DNA of 64,000 nucleotides, from assembly GCA_001777665.1 (NCBI GenBank), contig MFEQ01000004.1:64679-128678 (forward strand), given 5' to 3'. The position numbers and the translations under genes were made by a program. The notes under the pieces were generated by a model. The model saw only the letters and a program-made list of their open reading frames with translations, was not told the origin of the DNA and ran no database searches. Shown one piece after another: positions 1 through 9,748 of this stretch. Source of the DNA: Candidatus Doudnabacteria bacterium RIFCSPHIGHO2_02_FULL_42_25. GTDB taxonomy: Bacteria > Patescibacteriota > Doudnabacteria > UBA920 > O2-02-FULL-48-8. Position 1 is the first letter of the stretch. Every line of letters starts with the position of its first letter.

Positions 1-384
1 CGGCCCGGACTAAGCCCTCGAAAATTCGGCCATCAGATAAAACGACTCTGACTTGATTACTTTCTCGGATCGAATTGCGTGATGTGAAAATCAAGCCATC
101 AGAACTCATAATCGTTCCCAAACCTTGGAAAATGCTGTCATTATAAATCGAGACTGTGATGCCAGTGAGTTGTTTGCCCAGTTCGACTAAATTTACTCCT
201 TCATTTAACTGAACTTCAGTTGTCCGATTAATTATTATTGGCGAGGACGTAACCAGACGATTTAAAGTCTCCCAACGAGTTACCGAGGCCATCCAAGGAA
301 TAAAAAATCGGCCGAGCAGAATACTACCTAGAGCGCCCACAAAAAATGAGATCAAGATAATATTGAGAGCTTGTTTTTTATTCA
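1..384 (-). CDS. hypothetical membrane-anchored protein (C-terminus beyond window edge)
   Basis: ATG at 384 on minus strand, N-terminal hydrophobic helix (IILISFFVGALGSILLG), ORF runs off the window; no recognised motif. Confidence 0.3.
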
Positions 385-611
385 TAACGATAACCTTCCT
401 GTTTTAGCAGCTTTAGCTTCTGTTTGAGCCCTCCACGCGCGCTATATCCGCCCATACCATTATAGCCTACAACTCTGTGACACGGGATATATGGCGCATC
501 TTCGTTTCGGGCTAATGCATTCCCCACTGCTCTCGCGGCTTTCGGGTTACCAATCTTTCGGGCAACTTCCGAATACCTCATCACTTTACCAGGGGGAATA
601 GTTAGCGCCAC
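378..611 (-). CDS. MGMT-family protein (methylated-DNA-protein-cysteine methyltransferase DNA-binding domain only)
   Basis: 77 aa; IPCHRVV active-site cysteine signature of Ogt/Ada C-terminal domain; stand-alone C-domain. Confidence 0.7.
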   Translation of the reverse strand: MALTIPPGKVMRYSEVARKIGNPKAARAVGNALARNEDAPYIPCHRVVGYNGMGGYSARGGLKQKLKLLKQEGYRYE

Positions 612-658
612 TCGAAAAACTTTTTGCTGGAATGATGTATATTTATCCTAATTGATTG

Positions 659-1366
659 TCATCTTATCGGTCTCCACGGGGCTGTGCTCAAAGTTACGAT
701 AAGAACAATCGCTGCCAATGTTAGCTGCCAATAAACTTTCTGTCTCGTAAGCTTCCCGAAAAATGCTGAAAAAGAGAACAGCCACATGATATAAAAGAAA
801 ACAAATAGTATAACTCCTTGAACGAAAAAGTGCGTCGGCCAAAAACTTAAAGCCCAAGTCACTTCTGCTGTAACTACCGCAATCAAGAGGTGGAAATATT
901 TTTTCGACGGCAAACTAAATCCAGCAAATCCCTGGACTGCTAATAAATAACTAATAAGGAAACTGATCGGGACGATATACCAAACTTTGACATCGAAATA
1001 AAATTCAAAAGCAAACATGGACAGAAAAATCGCGAACACAGAAAGCAAATAAACGTTCTGGAGGAAATGACTTTCTTTGCCAAGCTTTAATTCAAGCAGA
1101 TAAAAAATAACCGAGATGCAGATCAAAAATAGGATTCGGATCGTTAAACTATTGATGATCACAAAAATACTTCCCGTCGCCATTAAATAAATCACCGGCA
1201 GCATCAAATGTGGCCAGGTGAAATTTAGTCTTTTAAAATTGATAGCTAGAGACGCAAAAATCAAAACGACCAGTGAAGCCACAAAAACATATAAATTGGC
1301 AGCGCTTCCTAAGAACACAAAAAACAATAAAATCGCCAATATTAAAGATGAGATTTTCGTGAACAT
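659..1366 (-). CDS. polytopic membrane protein, unknown function
   Basis: 235 aa, about 7 predicted hydrophobic helices, no motif recognised. Confidence 0.45.
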   Translation of the reverse strand: MFTKISSLILAILLFFVFLGSAANLYVFVASLVVLIFASLAINFKRLNFTWPHLMLPVIYLMATGSIFVIINSLTIRILFLICISVIFYLLELKLGKESHFLQNVYLLSVFAIFLSMFAFEFYFDVKVWYIVPISFLISYLLAVQGFAGFSLPSKKYFHLLIAVVTAEVTWALSFWPTHFFVQGVILFVFFYIMWLFSFSAFFGKLTRQKVYWQLTLAAIVLIVTLSTAPWRPIR

Positions 1367-1380
1367 GTACAGGTATTTTA

Positions 1381-2199
1381 TCAGTTTTTAGCTACTTTCC
1401 GCAAGATGAAAAAGCCACTGATAACAACCAAACAAAAAGCGATGATTTGGTCTACGCGAAAGTTGCCGACAAAGAAACTGTCTTCACGAATCCCCTCGAT
1501 GAAGAATCTGCCCAATGAATATAGAAAAAGGTAAGATAATCCGATAATTCCACTTTTAACTTTTCCTAAAAGCTTAAACAAAATCAAAAATATCGCTATG
1601 TCTAAAATGGCTTCGTATAAAAAAGCTGGATGATGGTATTGTCGATCTGCAGCGATGTACATTTTCCAAGGCAAATCTGTGACTAAGCCATAGGCTTCTT
1701 GGTTGACGAAATTCCCAAACCGACCGATTGCTTGTCCTAATGGCAAACTCAAAGCGATCAAATCAAACAAATGGAAAAAAGTATAAGCTTTTCGTCGGGC
1801 GTAAAAATATGTAAAAATTAAACAAGATAAAATCGCACCATAAATGGCCAGACCTCCGTGCCATATTTGATAAATCTCTGAAGGATTTTTCGAATAAAAA
1901 TCCCAGTTAAAAATGACTGTATAGACACGGGCTCCGAGTACTCCAATAATTACTAGCCAAAATGCATATTCATCTAAATTTTCCTTGCTGACTCCAAACT
2001 TCCACGAATTTTTTCTCGCAACTAAGTATGCACTAAAAATCGCTCCAGCCAAAATCAAACCGTACCAACGGATTTCGAGATTGCCCAAACTGATCACCGG
2101 GTTAATTACTATCTCACCGGCAAACGCTGGGATGAAAAAGAAAAAAACTGCGAGAGCAGCTAGGACTATGCCGGTTAAAATTAAAATATATTTTTTCAT
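1381..2199 (-). CDS. lgt: prolipoprotein diacylglyceryl transferase
   Basis: Perfect Lgt signature GRFGNFVNQEAYG, multi-TM topology, 272 aa. Confidence 0.85.
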   Translation of the reverse strand: MKKYILILTGIVLAALAVFFFFIPAFAGEIVINPVISLGNLEIRWYGLILAGAIFSAYLVARKNSWKFGVSKENLDEYAFWLVIIGVLGARVYTVIFNWDFYSKNPSEIYQIWHGGLAIYGAILSCLIFTYFYARRKAYTFFHLFDLIALSLPLGQAIGRFGNFVNQEAYGLVTDLPWKMYIAADRQYHHPAFLYEAILDIAIFLILFKLLGKVKSGIIGLSYLFLYSLGRFFIEGIREDSFFVGNFRVDQIIAFCLVVISGFFILRKVAKN

Positions 2200-2214
2200 G
2201 AATAGACGCGAGCC

Positions 2215-2793
2215 TTAAAATAACGCAGCTTGTCTGGCAATTGGTTTTCGCATCATCGGCTCGCTGAAACGCATCTGTAACTCCCTCATCTCAAAATAAT
2301 CCTTATACATACACTTCTCATATCGTAATATATAATCGTAGAGATCTTTGGTGATTCTGACATCATCTAGGCAATATTTTTTCAACTCTTCTATCTGTCC
2401 CAGTTTGTAAAATTTCAAAGCCTGCAATCCATCCCCGCTTTTCCCAACTCCCAAAGTAGATTGAGCTAAATTATCTAGCTTCAATCGACGCCCAAGTAAT
2501 TTTTCGATTTCCTCAAGGATGTCTAAGTAAGGAATGTCAGATAGTTGATAATTCAAATACGGTTGAAGGACTTGAAAATCGAAATTCTTGATATTAAAAC
2601 CGATCACCTGATCAGCTTCTGCGAGCATCTCACCTAACCGATAAAGTTGGTCTTCAGTAAAACATTGATATTTATTAGAAGGATAAGAGTAGACTCCAAC
2701 TACAGAAACTTTAAGTAAGTGATTTTTACCAAACCCCCCAACTTCTTCAAATGATTTTTGTGTCTCTAAATCGAGAACGATTTTGTTTAACAT
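2215..2793 (-). CDS. putative DEDD-type 3'-5' exonuclease (RNase H-like fold)
   Basis: N-terminal LDLET exo-I-like motif, about 190 aa; family assignment tentative. Confidence 0.4.
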   Translation of the reverse strand: MLNKIVLDLETQKSFEEVGGFGKNHLLKVSVVGVYSYPSNKYQCFTEDQLYRLGEMLAEADQVIGFNIKNFDFQVLQPYLNYQLSDIPYLDILEEIEKLLGRRLKLDNLAQSTLGVGKSGDGLQALKFYKLGQIEELKKYCLDDVRITKDLYDYILRYEKCMYKDYFEMRELQMRFSEPMMRKPIARQAALF

Positions 2794-2860
2794 ACATTAA
2801 GCATTATATCACAACCTGCTGCAATTTGGTCAATGCCAACAATTATGGTAAAATAATCAA

Positions 2861-4298
2861 TATGAATCGCACGCTTATTAAAGATACAATCAACAAAACC
2901 GAGCAGGAAGTTTTAATTAAAGGCTGGGTCAACATCAGAAGAGATCATGGCAAATTGATTTTTTTGGATATCCGGGACCGATCTGGTTTGATTCAAGCCG
3001 TGATCAATCCTAAGGTTTCTGCTGAAGCGCATGCGGTTGCCTCTGAAATCCGCAACGAATATGTAGTCGAGCTGATCGGAAAAATCAATCCACGCGGCGA
3101 AAAACAAATAAATCTAGACCTCGAAACTGGAAAGATCGAAATCGAAGTTACAGGGCTAAAGATAATCAACGGTGCCAAGCCACTCCCCTTTGATATTACT
3201 TCAGACACGAGAACGGTTTCCGAAGAAATACGTCTAAAATACAGGTATTTGGATTTGAGAAATGAGCGAATGAAAAAAAATCTCAAGCTAAGACATAATG
3301 TCATCCAATTCATCAGAAATTATTTGATGGGACTTGATTTCACGGAAATCCAAACACCAATCCTTACTAAATCAACACCTGAAGGAGCAAGAGATTACCT
3401 AGTACCATCGAGGATTTATCCTGGTAATTTTTTTGCATTGCCTCAATCTCCACAACAATACAAACAGTTGTTAATGGTTGGTGGAATAGAACGATACTTT
3501 CAGATAGCTCCGTGTTTTCGTGATGAAGACGCCAGAGCCGATCGAAGTCCGGGAGAATTTTATCAACTCGATCTTGAAATGTCTTTTGTCGAACAGGAAG
3601 ATATTTTAGAGTTGACTGAAAAATTGTTTACCGATTTGGTAAAAACTCTTACTCCAGAAAAACATATAACTTTTTCTCCTTGGCCAAGAATTACCCACAA
3701 AGAAGCAAAAGCGAAATTCGGAAATGACAAACCAGATATGCGTAAAGATAAAAATGATCCGAATGAATTGGCTTTTTGTTGGGTTTTAGATTTTCCTCTT
3801 TTCACTGAACAAACCGAAGAAGATTTCTTTCACGGAGCAGGAGATAAATGGGGGCCTTCGCATCACATGTTTACTGCTCCCAAATCGGAAGATATTCCAT
3901 TACTAGATACAGATCCAGGAAAAGCTAGAGGGTTACAACACGATTTGGCTTTGAATGGTGTGGAAATTGGCGGAGGTAGCATCCGTATTCATGATCCAAA
4001 AATTCAGGAAAAGATTTTTGATTTGATTGGATTTACTAAAAAGCAGAAACAACGATTCAATCACATGCTAGAAGCTTTTGAATATGGCGTTCCCCCTCAT
4101 GGTGGCATAGCTCCAGGAATAGATCGATTAGTTAGAATTTTAGCAGGGGAAGAAAAAATTAGTGAGGTCATCGCTTTTCCTCTCTCTGGATCAGTTCGCG
4201 ACCCTATGATGGGTTCCCCTTCCGACGTGTCAGACAAACAACTCAAAGAATTACACATCAAAGTGGATTTACCAAAGGAGAAAAAAATAGATATTTAA
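2861..4298 (+). CDS. aspS: aspartyl-tRNA synthetase, short archaeal/eukaryal-type (likely non-discriminating)
   Basis: OB-fold N-terminal domain, class II motifs (QSPQQYKQLLMVGGIERYFQIAPCFRDED, GGGSIRIHD), about 479 aa without GAD insertion; start moved to ATG 2861 (track ORF starts at 2751 inside the convergent neighbour). Confidence 0.85.
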
Positions 4299-4300
4299 TT

Positions 4301-4424
4301 CCCCCTCTTAGAATAAGAGGGGGTTAGGGGGGAGTTAGATCTCAAGCGTTAAACAGCAGCTTAATCCTTAAAGGATATAACCCCTCCTAGCCTCCCCTTA
4401 ATATAAGGGGAGGAACAACAGCAT
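4301..4424. mobile_element. MITE-like palindromic element (family 1: CCCCTCTTAGAATAAGAGGGG ... CTCCCCTTAATATAAGGGGAG); miniature of the DUF559 element at 33796-34251
   Basis: Both hairpin ends match the inverted ends flanking the DUF559 ORF; same 120 bp unit present in reverse orientation at 55135-55252. Confidence 0.7.
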
Positions 4425-4442
4425 ACACTCACCACCCTCAAT

Positions 4443-4511
4443 CCCATCTCGAACAGAGTGAGAGATCCCTCTTAAGAGCGATTTCTCGACTCGTTTCACT
4501 CGCTCGAAATG
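4443..4511. repeat. GC-rich hairpin repeat (family 2/3: CCCATCTCGAAC / GAGAGATCCCTC..GAGCGATTTCTC..CGAAATGG)
   Basis: Shares blocks with 56186-56240 and 62170-62193 and (reverse-complemented) 62604-62616. Confidence 0.6.
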
Positions 4512-4716
4512 GTTTACAAATTATATGCAATATCTTAAATCGGTCATAAATATTCTTTGGATCATAACTCTGATTATTGTAATAATTAATGATATCCAAA
4601 CACCAGGCACTGCACCTATACACTATTGGTATTTTTATGCTGCTTCAGTTATGATAATACTTAGGTTTATTGACGATAAATTTTATAAATCAAATAGTAA
4701 AAAATAACCGCTTTCC

Positions 4717-5190
4717 ATGGTTAATAAAATGATATCAAAACCTTTAGAAAAACTACTTAAAGCAAATAAAATCAAATACGAAATTGCGGAACACCGAAAA
4801 GTGTTCACGGCTATTGATGCTGCTGCAACGCAAGATTTAAAAACTGCTGAAGTCGCCAAAGCTGTACTTCTCAAGGGCAAAAACAATCTTTATTTGGCAG
4901 TTTTGCCTGCCGGTAACAACTGCGACTTTAAGGCGTTGAGTAAGCTTACCGCGGATAAAGTTTCCATGGCCAAGGAAAAAGATATTTCCAAAAATATCAA
5001 TGCCAAAATTGGTTTAATTCCCCCATTTGGTTCACTTTTCAAACTTCCCGTTTATCTGGATAAAAAATTACTGAAAAATAAAAAAATAAATTTACCAGCT
5101 GGATCATATACTGAATCTGTGGTTTTGAGTGTGAAAGATTATCAAAAACTGGAAAATCCGATTCTGGGAAACTTTAGTATCAAAAAATAA
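4717..5190 (+). CDS. YbaK/ProX-family aminoacyl-tRNA deacylase
   Basis: 157 aa, YbaK-like trans-editing domain pattern (GKNNLYLAVLPAGN...LIPPFG). Confidence 0.55.
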   Translation: MVNKMISKPLEKLLKANKIKYEIAEHRKVFTAIDAAATQDLKTAEVAKAVLLKGKNNLYLAVLPAGNNCDFKALSKLTADKVSMAKEKDISKNINAKIGLIPPFGSLFKLPVYLDKKLLKNKKINLPAGSYTESVVLSVKDYQKLENPILGNFSIKK

Positions 5191-5912
5191 TGGTCCAAAT
5201 CAAAACCGATCAATTTGAAGGGCCGCTCGATTTGCTTCTGACACTGATCGAAGAGCAAAAGCTCGATATATCCACTGTAGCATTAGCAAAAGTCACAGAA
5301 CAATTTTTGGATTATGTAAAAAATCTTCAGGTAAAAAATCCAATTAACTTAGCCGACTTTTTAGTCATCGCAGCCAAACTTTTAGTGATCAAATCCAAAT
5401 CGCTTTTACCAACTCTGGAATTGGGAGATGAAGAGGAAGAAGCGGCTTTTGATTTAACTGAAGCTTTGCTGCAATACAAAAAATACAAAGAGGTTGCGAG
5501 GCATTTCAGACGCATTGAACTTCGTCACACTCAATCCTGGACTAGAGATGTTGATTTCTCCGATCGAATCACTTTTGTCCCTGACCCGACCATCACTCCG
5601 CAAATCCTCTCCCAGAGCTTGCAAACACTGGCTATGGAACTGAAAGAGATTATCAAATTCCCTCGCCAAATAATGAAAGAGGTGGTGTCCATCTCTGAAA
5701 AAATCGCCCACATCCAGCAACTAATTTCGTCTCAAATTGAAACTTCGCTCGCTTCCCTCCTTAAAGAAAGTAAAAGCAAAACCGAAGTCATTGTAACTTT
5801 TCTAGCCCTGCTCGAACTGACCAAACAACGGATAATCCAGCTCGAACAAACTGAACATTTCGCCGACATCATTATTAAAAAACATCAGCTCCATGGACCC
5901 AGTCAAGCTTAA
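5190..5912 (+). CDS. scpA: segregation and condensation protein A
   Basis: N-terminal QFEGPLDLLLTLIEEQKLDI kleisin motif, followed directly by scpB. Confidence 0.8.
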   Translation: MVQIKTDQFEGPLDLLLTLIEEQKLDISTVALAKVTEQFLDYVKNLQVKNPINLADFLVIAAKLLVIKSKSLLPTLELGDEEEEAAFDLTEALLQYKKYKEVARHFRRIELRHTQSWTRDVDFSDRITFVPDPTITPQILSQSLQTLAMELKEIIKFPRQIMKEVVSISEKIAHIQQLISSQIETSLASLLKESKSKTEVIVTFLALLELTKQRIIQLEQTEHFADIIIKKHQLHGPSQA

Positions 5913-6450
5913 ATCCCAAATTCTCTCTATCCTCTTTGTGGCATCCAATCCAGTTTCCATCAAAGAAATTCAAGAATCTTTAGGGGTTAACGAAGACGAA
6001 ATAAAAATAGTCATTGAAGAACTTGTTGCAGCCAATCACAGTTCTGGCATTATTCTTTTGGCGCATAATAACAAATTACAACTGGCTTCCAATCCAGATA
6101 ATACGCAGGTTGTAAAAAAATTCTTGTCGCTGGAATTAAGAGAAAGATTAACTGATTCAGCTCTGGAAACTTTGGCCATCATTACCTACAAACAACCTGT
6201 CTCTAAAGCAGAGGTTGAAAACATTCGAGGGGTAAATTCCCAGTACATTTTGCGCCAACTGCTCATCCGAGGGTTGATTGAAAAAATCCCGTCCTCCTCT
6301 GACAAAAGGATGCAACTTTATAAAACTACTTTGGAATTCATGCAGCATTTGGGGATCAAGAGTCAGAACGAATTGCCAAACTTCGAAGAATTAACTAAAA
6401 ATATTACTCTTACCCCCCAAGCCCCACCCGAAGCCAAAATCGAGATTTAA
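5893..6450 (+). CDS. scpB: segregation and condensation protein B
   Basis: Two winged-helix ScpB repeats, overlaps scpA stop (operon). Confidence 0.75.
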   Translation: MDPVKLKSQILSILFVASNPVSIKEIQESLGVNEDEIKIVIEELVAANHSSGIILLAHNNKLQLASNPDNTQVVKKFLSLELRERLTDSALETLAIITYKQPVSKAEVENIRGVNSQYILRQLLIRGLIEKIPSSSDKRMQLYKTTLEFMQHLGIKSQNELPNFEELTKNITLTPQAPPEAKIEI

Positions 6451-7915
6451 TCGATTGGCGTTGGGGTTCCAGCATTTCGGTTCCTATCATTTCCAAAAAA
6501 ACTTTTAAAATATCAGGGTCAAAATGTGTTCCGGAAAGTGAAAGCATGTGCTCGATGGCTTCCTTATCATTCAAACTGCTCCTGTACGGTCGATCCGAAC
6601 GCATGGCATCCCAGACATCCGCAATTGCAAATATTCGAGCGCAAATAGGAATATCTTTACCTTTGAGCCCTCGCGGATAGCCTGTGCCGTCAAATTTTTC
6701 ATGATGGCAATAAGGGATGTCTTTAATGGTGTCCGAATATTCAAAACCTTCCAAAAATTGTGTCGCATATAAAGGGTGCTTCCGCATTATAATCCACTCC
6801 TCTTCAGAAAGCGGGCCTGGTTTATACAAAACATTGTCTGGAATTGCCATTTTTCCAATATCATGCAGCAGCGCTCCACGACGAATGTAAGCCTGCTCTC
6901 TTCTACTAACCCCCACTTTCTCTGCTAACTTCACGGTTAATTCTGCTACTCGCAGAGTATGCCCTTCTGTTTCTTTATCCCGAAGGTCCAAAGCTTTTGA
7001 CCATCCCTCCAGCGCATGTTCATACGCCTGCGAGAGTTTAATTTTACTTCGATTTCTTTCAGCAACAGTGGATGCCAGGAATAAAGTAGTTATCGCAATC
7101 ACGATCAAATACCCCAGAAGCATTACATGAGTATCTACAGGATAAGTTTTTACAAATGGACCAAAGCCTTGGTATGTAGCTATAATTGCAATCACGGCAA
7201 TTAAGAGAGTAGAATTTGCAGCTTCACGCTGGGTAAATCGAAGCCCGGCCCAGACTAAAAGCGGGATTAGCAAAAACCCCATGGGATGATTCTCTAGAAC
7301 ATTTCCATATACTAAATAACATACTGTAACAAGGCTGATAATAAATAATAATCTTTCTAAAGCTTGAACACCTCTGTAGATTTTTAATTTGGTATCTGCG
7401 ATCAAGAGCAGCGACGGAGTCAAAATAATTGCTGCCCCTAAATCACCGAGCCACCACCCAAACCACGCTTGCGAAGTCTGCGTCCAGGAATCAAAATCAC
7501 TGGTGGATAAAGCCAAAATTCCCACTGTGGCGCTCACAGCAGTGGCGATAACGCTAAAAAATACGAACATTTTAACGTTGACAGCCCGATCGTAAAAAAA
7601 TCTGCCGCCAGCGAATTTGTTAATTAAAAATGTTGCCAGCAAAGCTTCTGCTGCATTGCCAATTGCAATTATGGCTGATGATGTAATATCACCAGTGGTT
7701 GTAACGTTAACAATAAAAGCACCTATCAAAACGGCCGGCCAGAATTCAATGCCAAAGTATAACAAAGCAGCCAACGCAATTCCGGTCGGTGCCCAAACTG
7801 TGCTTATGCTGGGATTTATTTCAGCAAGCGATAATCCGAACTTACCAGCAGCGATGTAGATTAAAGAAAACAAAACAAAAATGGCACTCTGCTTCCAAGT
7901 AATTCTGTTTATCAT
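6410..7915 (-). CDS. membrane-bound HD-GYP domain protein (putative c-di-GMP phosphodiesterase/signal protein)
   Basis: N-terminal multi-TM sensor region; C-terminal HD domain with HHEKFDGTGYP (HD-GYP) motif. Confidence 0.75.
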   Translation of the reverse strand: MINRITWKQSAIFVLFSLIYIAAGKFGLSLAEINPSISTVWAPTGIALAALLYFGIEFWPAVLIGAFIVNVTTTGDITSSAIIAIGNAAEALLATFLINKFAGGRFFYDRAVNVKMFVFFSVIATAVSATVGILALSTSDFDSWTQTSQAWFGWWLGDLGAAIILTPSLLLIADTKLKIYRGVQALERLLFIISLVTVCYLVYGNVLENHPMGFLLIPLLVWAGLRFTQREAANSTLLIAVIAIIATYQGFGPFVKTYPVDTHVMLLGYLIVIAITTLFLASTVAERNRSKIKLSQAYEHALEGWSKALDLRDKETEGHTLRVAELTVKLAEKVGVSRREQAYIRRGALLHDIGKMAIPDNVLYKPGPLSEEEWIIMRKHPLYATQFLEGFEYSDTIKDIPYCHHEKFDGTGYPRGLKGKDIPICARIFAIADVWDAMRSDRPYRSSLNDKEAIEHMLSLSGTHFDPDILKVFLEMIGTEMLEPQRQSIKSRFWLRVGLGG

Positions 7916-7923
7916 AGACTATT

Positions 7924-8106
7924 TTAGTAGGCGAATTGTTCGCGCAATCGGAATAAATGGATATTGGCTACCTTCTCGATCGCAGTATCTTTGGAATTAA
8001 TAACTATCTGCTTCAGCCATTTTTCAAATTCTTTGAAGGCTTTTTTCGATTTAACCCTGGCGGCTTTATCTGCGATTTCATATAGGACTAGTAAGTTGAC
8101 TGACAT
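7924..8106 (-). CDS. small protein (60 aa), possible toxin-like partner
   Basis: Overlapping two-gene small-ORF module, basic/helical; no firm family. Confidence 0.3.
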   Translation of the reverse strand: MSVNLLVLYEIADKAARVKSKKAFKEFEKWLKQIVINSKDTAIEKVANIHLFRLREQFAY

Positions 8107-8257
8107 GGTGGTGTGTTTTCCTTTTAATTTTAATTTCTTGACCTAATTCCGCCCAATTTCTCCGAATATCCTCACTAAAAGTGCCGAAAAAATTGCGAAC
8201 TGCTTTTTCAGCTTCATTCTCTAGTGAAGCTATTTTGTTGGTTCTTGGTAGTTTCAT
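8078..8257 (-). CDS. small protein (59 aa), possible antitoxin-like partner
   Basis: ATG at 8257 preceded by GGTGAGGAGGAG SD; overlaps next small ORF by about 25 nt; below the 60-aa cut-off of the ORF track. Confidence 0.3.
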   Translation of the reverse strand: MKLPRTNKIASLENEAEKAVRNFFGTFSEDIRRNWAELGQEIKIKRKTHHHVSQLTSPI

Positions 8258-8333
8258 AACTCCTCCTCACCAAGAATGATATACCTAATCGCACCCCGAT
8301 CAAATTATGCAATTCGTACAAAAAAGTCCGAAT

Positions 8334-9566
8334 TTAGATTTGCTTTACCGTTGCTTTCTCCAAATATAGCACTTTGTTTAAAATTAGCGCAACTTTCAAT
8401 TCCATCGCATCATTAAATTTTCGTGGGTCCAGTCCTGTGACTTTTTTAATTTTATCCAGTCGATACAAAAGGGTGTTCCTGTGGATACTCAATTCCTTCG
8501 AAGTTTGAGTTAAGCTCATATTTCTATCAAAAAACTTTTCTAGTGTTTCGAGTAGATACTCTTCAGATAACAATTTCAGAAGTAATCGACGGACAAAATT
8601 ATCCTGCCACTTTCGGTTACCTCCAGCTAGTGTGGCTACCATTCCCAAATCATCTATATGATAGAGAATTTTGTTTTCCCCGATACTCAACCCTAAATTC
8701 AATGCACGTCTGGCTTCTTCGTATGCCAAAATCGCACCATCTTTGCCTCTGTAAAAACTTCCGATACTTATCAATAGACGATTATATCCATCTTTTTCGA
8801 ATTGTGAAGCAATTAGTTGATTTAATTCCTGGGCTCGATTGCGTATATTATCCACCATTTCTCGACCTTCCATGCTGTAAAGTTCGTCGAGCAGTACTAC
8901 AAACGTATCAGATCCAAAATAGGACACAGAACAACCCGATAATCTTCCGAAAAATTGACTGAAAGCTTGAAACAACTTTTTCTTATAATTGCTCAAGGCA
9001 GTTTGTTTTTCTTCCTCAGATGCAGTCGAATTTTCTCCAAATAGTGCTGACCAAAATCCTTCCACGGTTATAATTAAAACAACCTTATCGCGATTCAGGT
9101 TAATATCAAACAAATCAGCCTCTTCACGAACCTTACTATCTTCCACTGATAGTTTTCGGTGGAGCAGTCCAAACACAAAGTTATCTTTGATTTTATCTTT
9201 GTAGGGAAAATTATCAATAACCACATTCTGCTGAATCATGAGTTCGGCAGTGGTGCCGATGATGTTGCGATAGTGTTGGTATTCTTCCGAATTGTCTTCA
9301 ATAAATAAAGCTCCTGCGGTGTCCCCTCCATAATTAATAGGTATAGCTATGCCTTGGGCTAAGGTTGTTTTAGTTGCAGGCCCCGCTGTCTCGATTTCCT
9401 TGCTTGTATCGATAACTTTTTTGAGCTGCTCGTAATTCTTACCCGTTTCAGACAAATCAGTCGAGGCGAGGACATCCCCATTCACATCAGCTACAGTAAC
9501 TTTCTTTTTCAGGATGGAAGAAAGTTTATTCACTATACCTTCAGCTATAATTTCGTTAATTGTCAT
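8334..9566 (-). CDS. PucR/CdaR-family transcriptional regulator
   Basis: C-terminal PucR-type HTH (LTQTSKELSIHRNTLLYRLDKIKKVTGLDPR); start set to MTINEI with AAAGG SD. Confidence 0.7.
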   Translation of the reverse strand: MTINEIIAEGIVNKLSSILKKKVTVADVNGDVLASTDLSETGKNYEQLKKVIDTSKEIETAGPATKTTLAQGIAIPINYGGDTAGALFIEDNSEEYQHYRNIIGTTAELMIQQNVVIDNFPYKDKIKDNFVFGLLHRKLSVEDSKVREEADLFDINLNRDKVVLIITVEGFWSALFGENSTASEEEKQTALSNYKKKLFQAFSQFFGRLSGCSVSYFGSDTFVVLLDELYSMEGREMVDNIRNRAQELNQLIASQFEKDGYNRLLISIGSFYRGKDGAILAYEEARRALNLGLSIGENKILYHIDDLGMVATLAGGNRKWQDNFVRRLLLKLLSEEYLLETLEKFFDRNMSLTQTSKELSIHRNTLLYRLDKIKKVTGLDPRKFNDAMELKVALILNKVLYLEKATVKQI

Positions 9567-9748
9567 ATAGTTAAGCCTTTGTATGTATAAATATACAATC
9601 ATTATATAGAAAAGCAAGCGTCAGCATATAAAAAATGGCTAATTTTTGTGCATTAGTACAAAAATAGGCCCTTTTAACTAGTAGCAATTGTGCAAAAACT
9701 TTTTGCTTTTATACTTATCGACAAATTTAACTGGATAAGTGCATTTCC

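Noticed and set aside
2913-3805. Short minus-strand ORFs (2913-3107, 2993-3313, 3563-3805) inside aspS and many similar antisense or alternate-frame ORFs in the track (for example 5327-5720, 19542-20117, 55643-55961)
   Set aside because: They lie wholly within well-supported genes on the opposite strand or an alternate frame and have no motif or RBS support.
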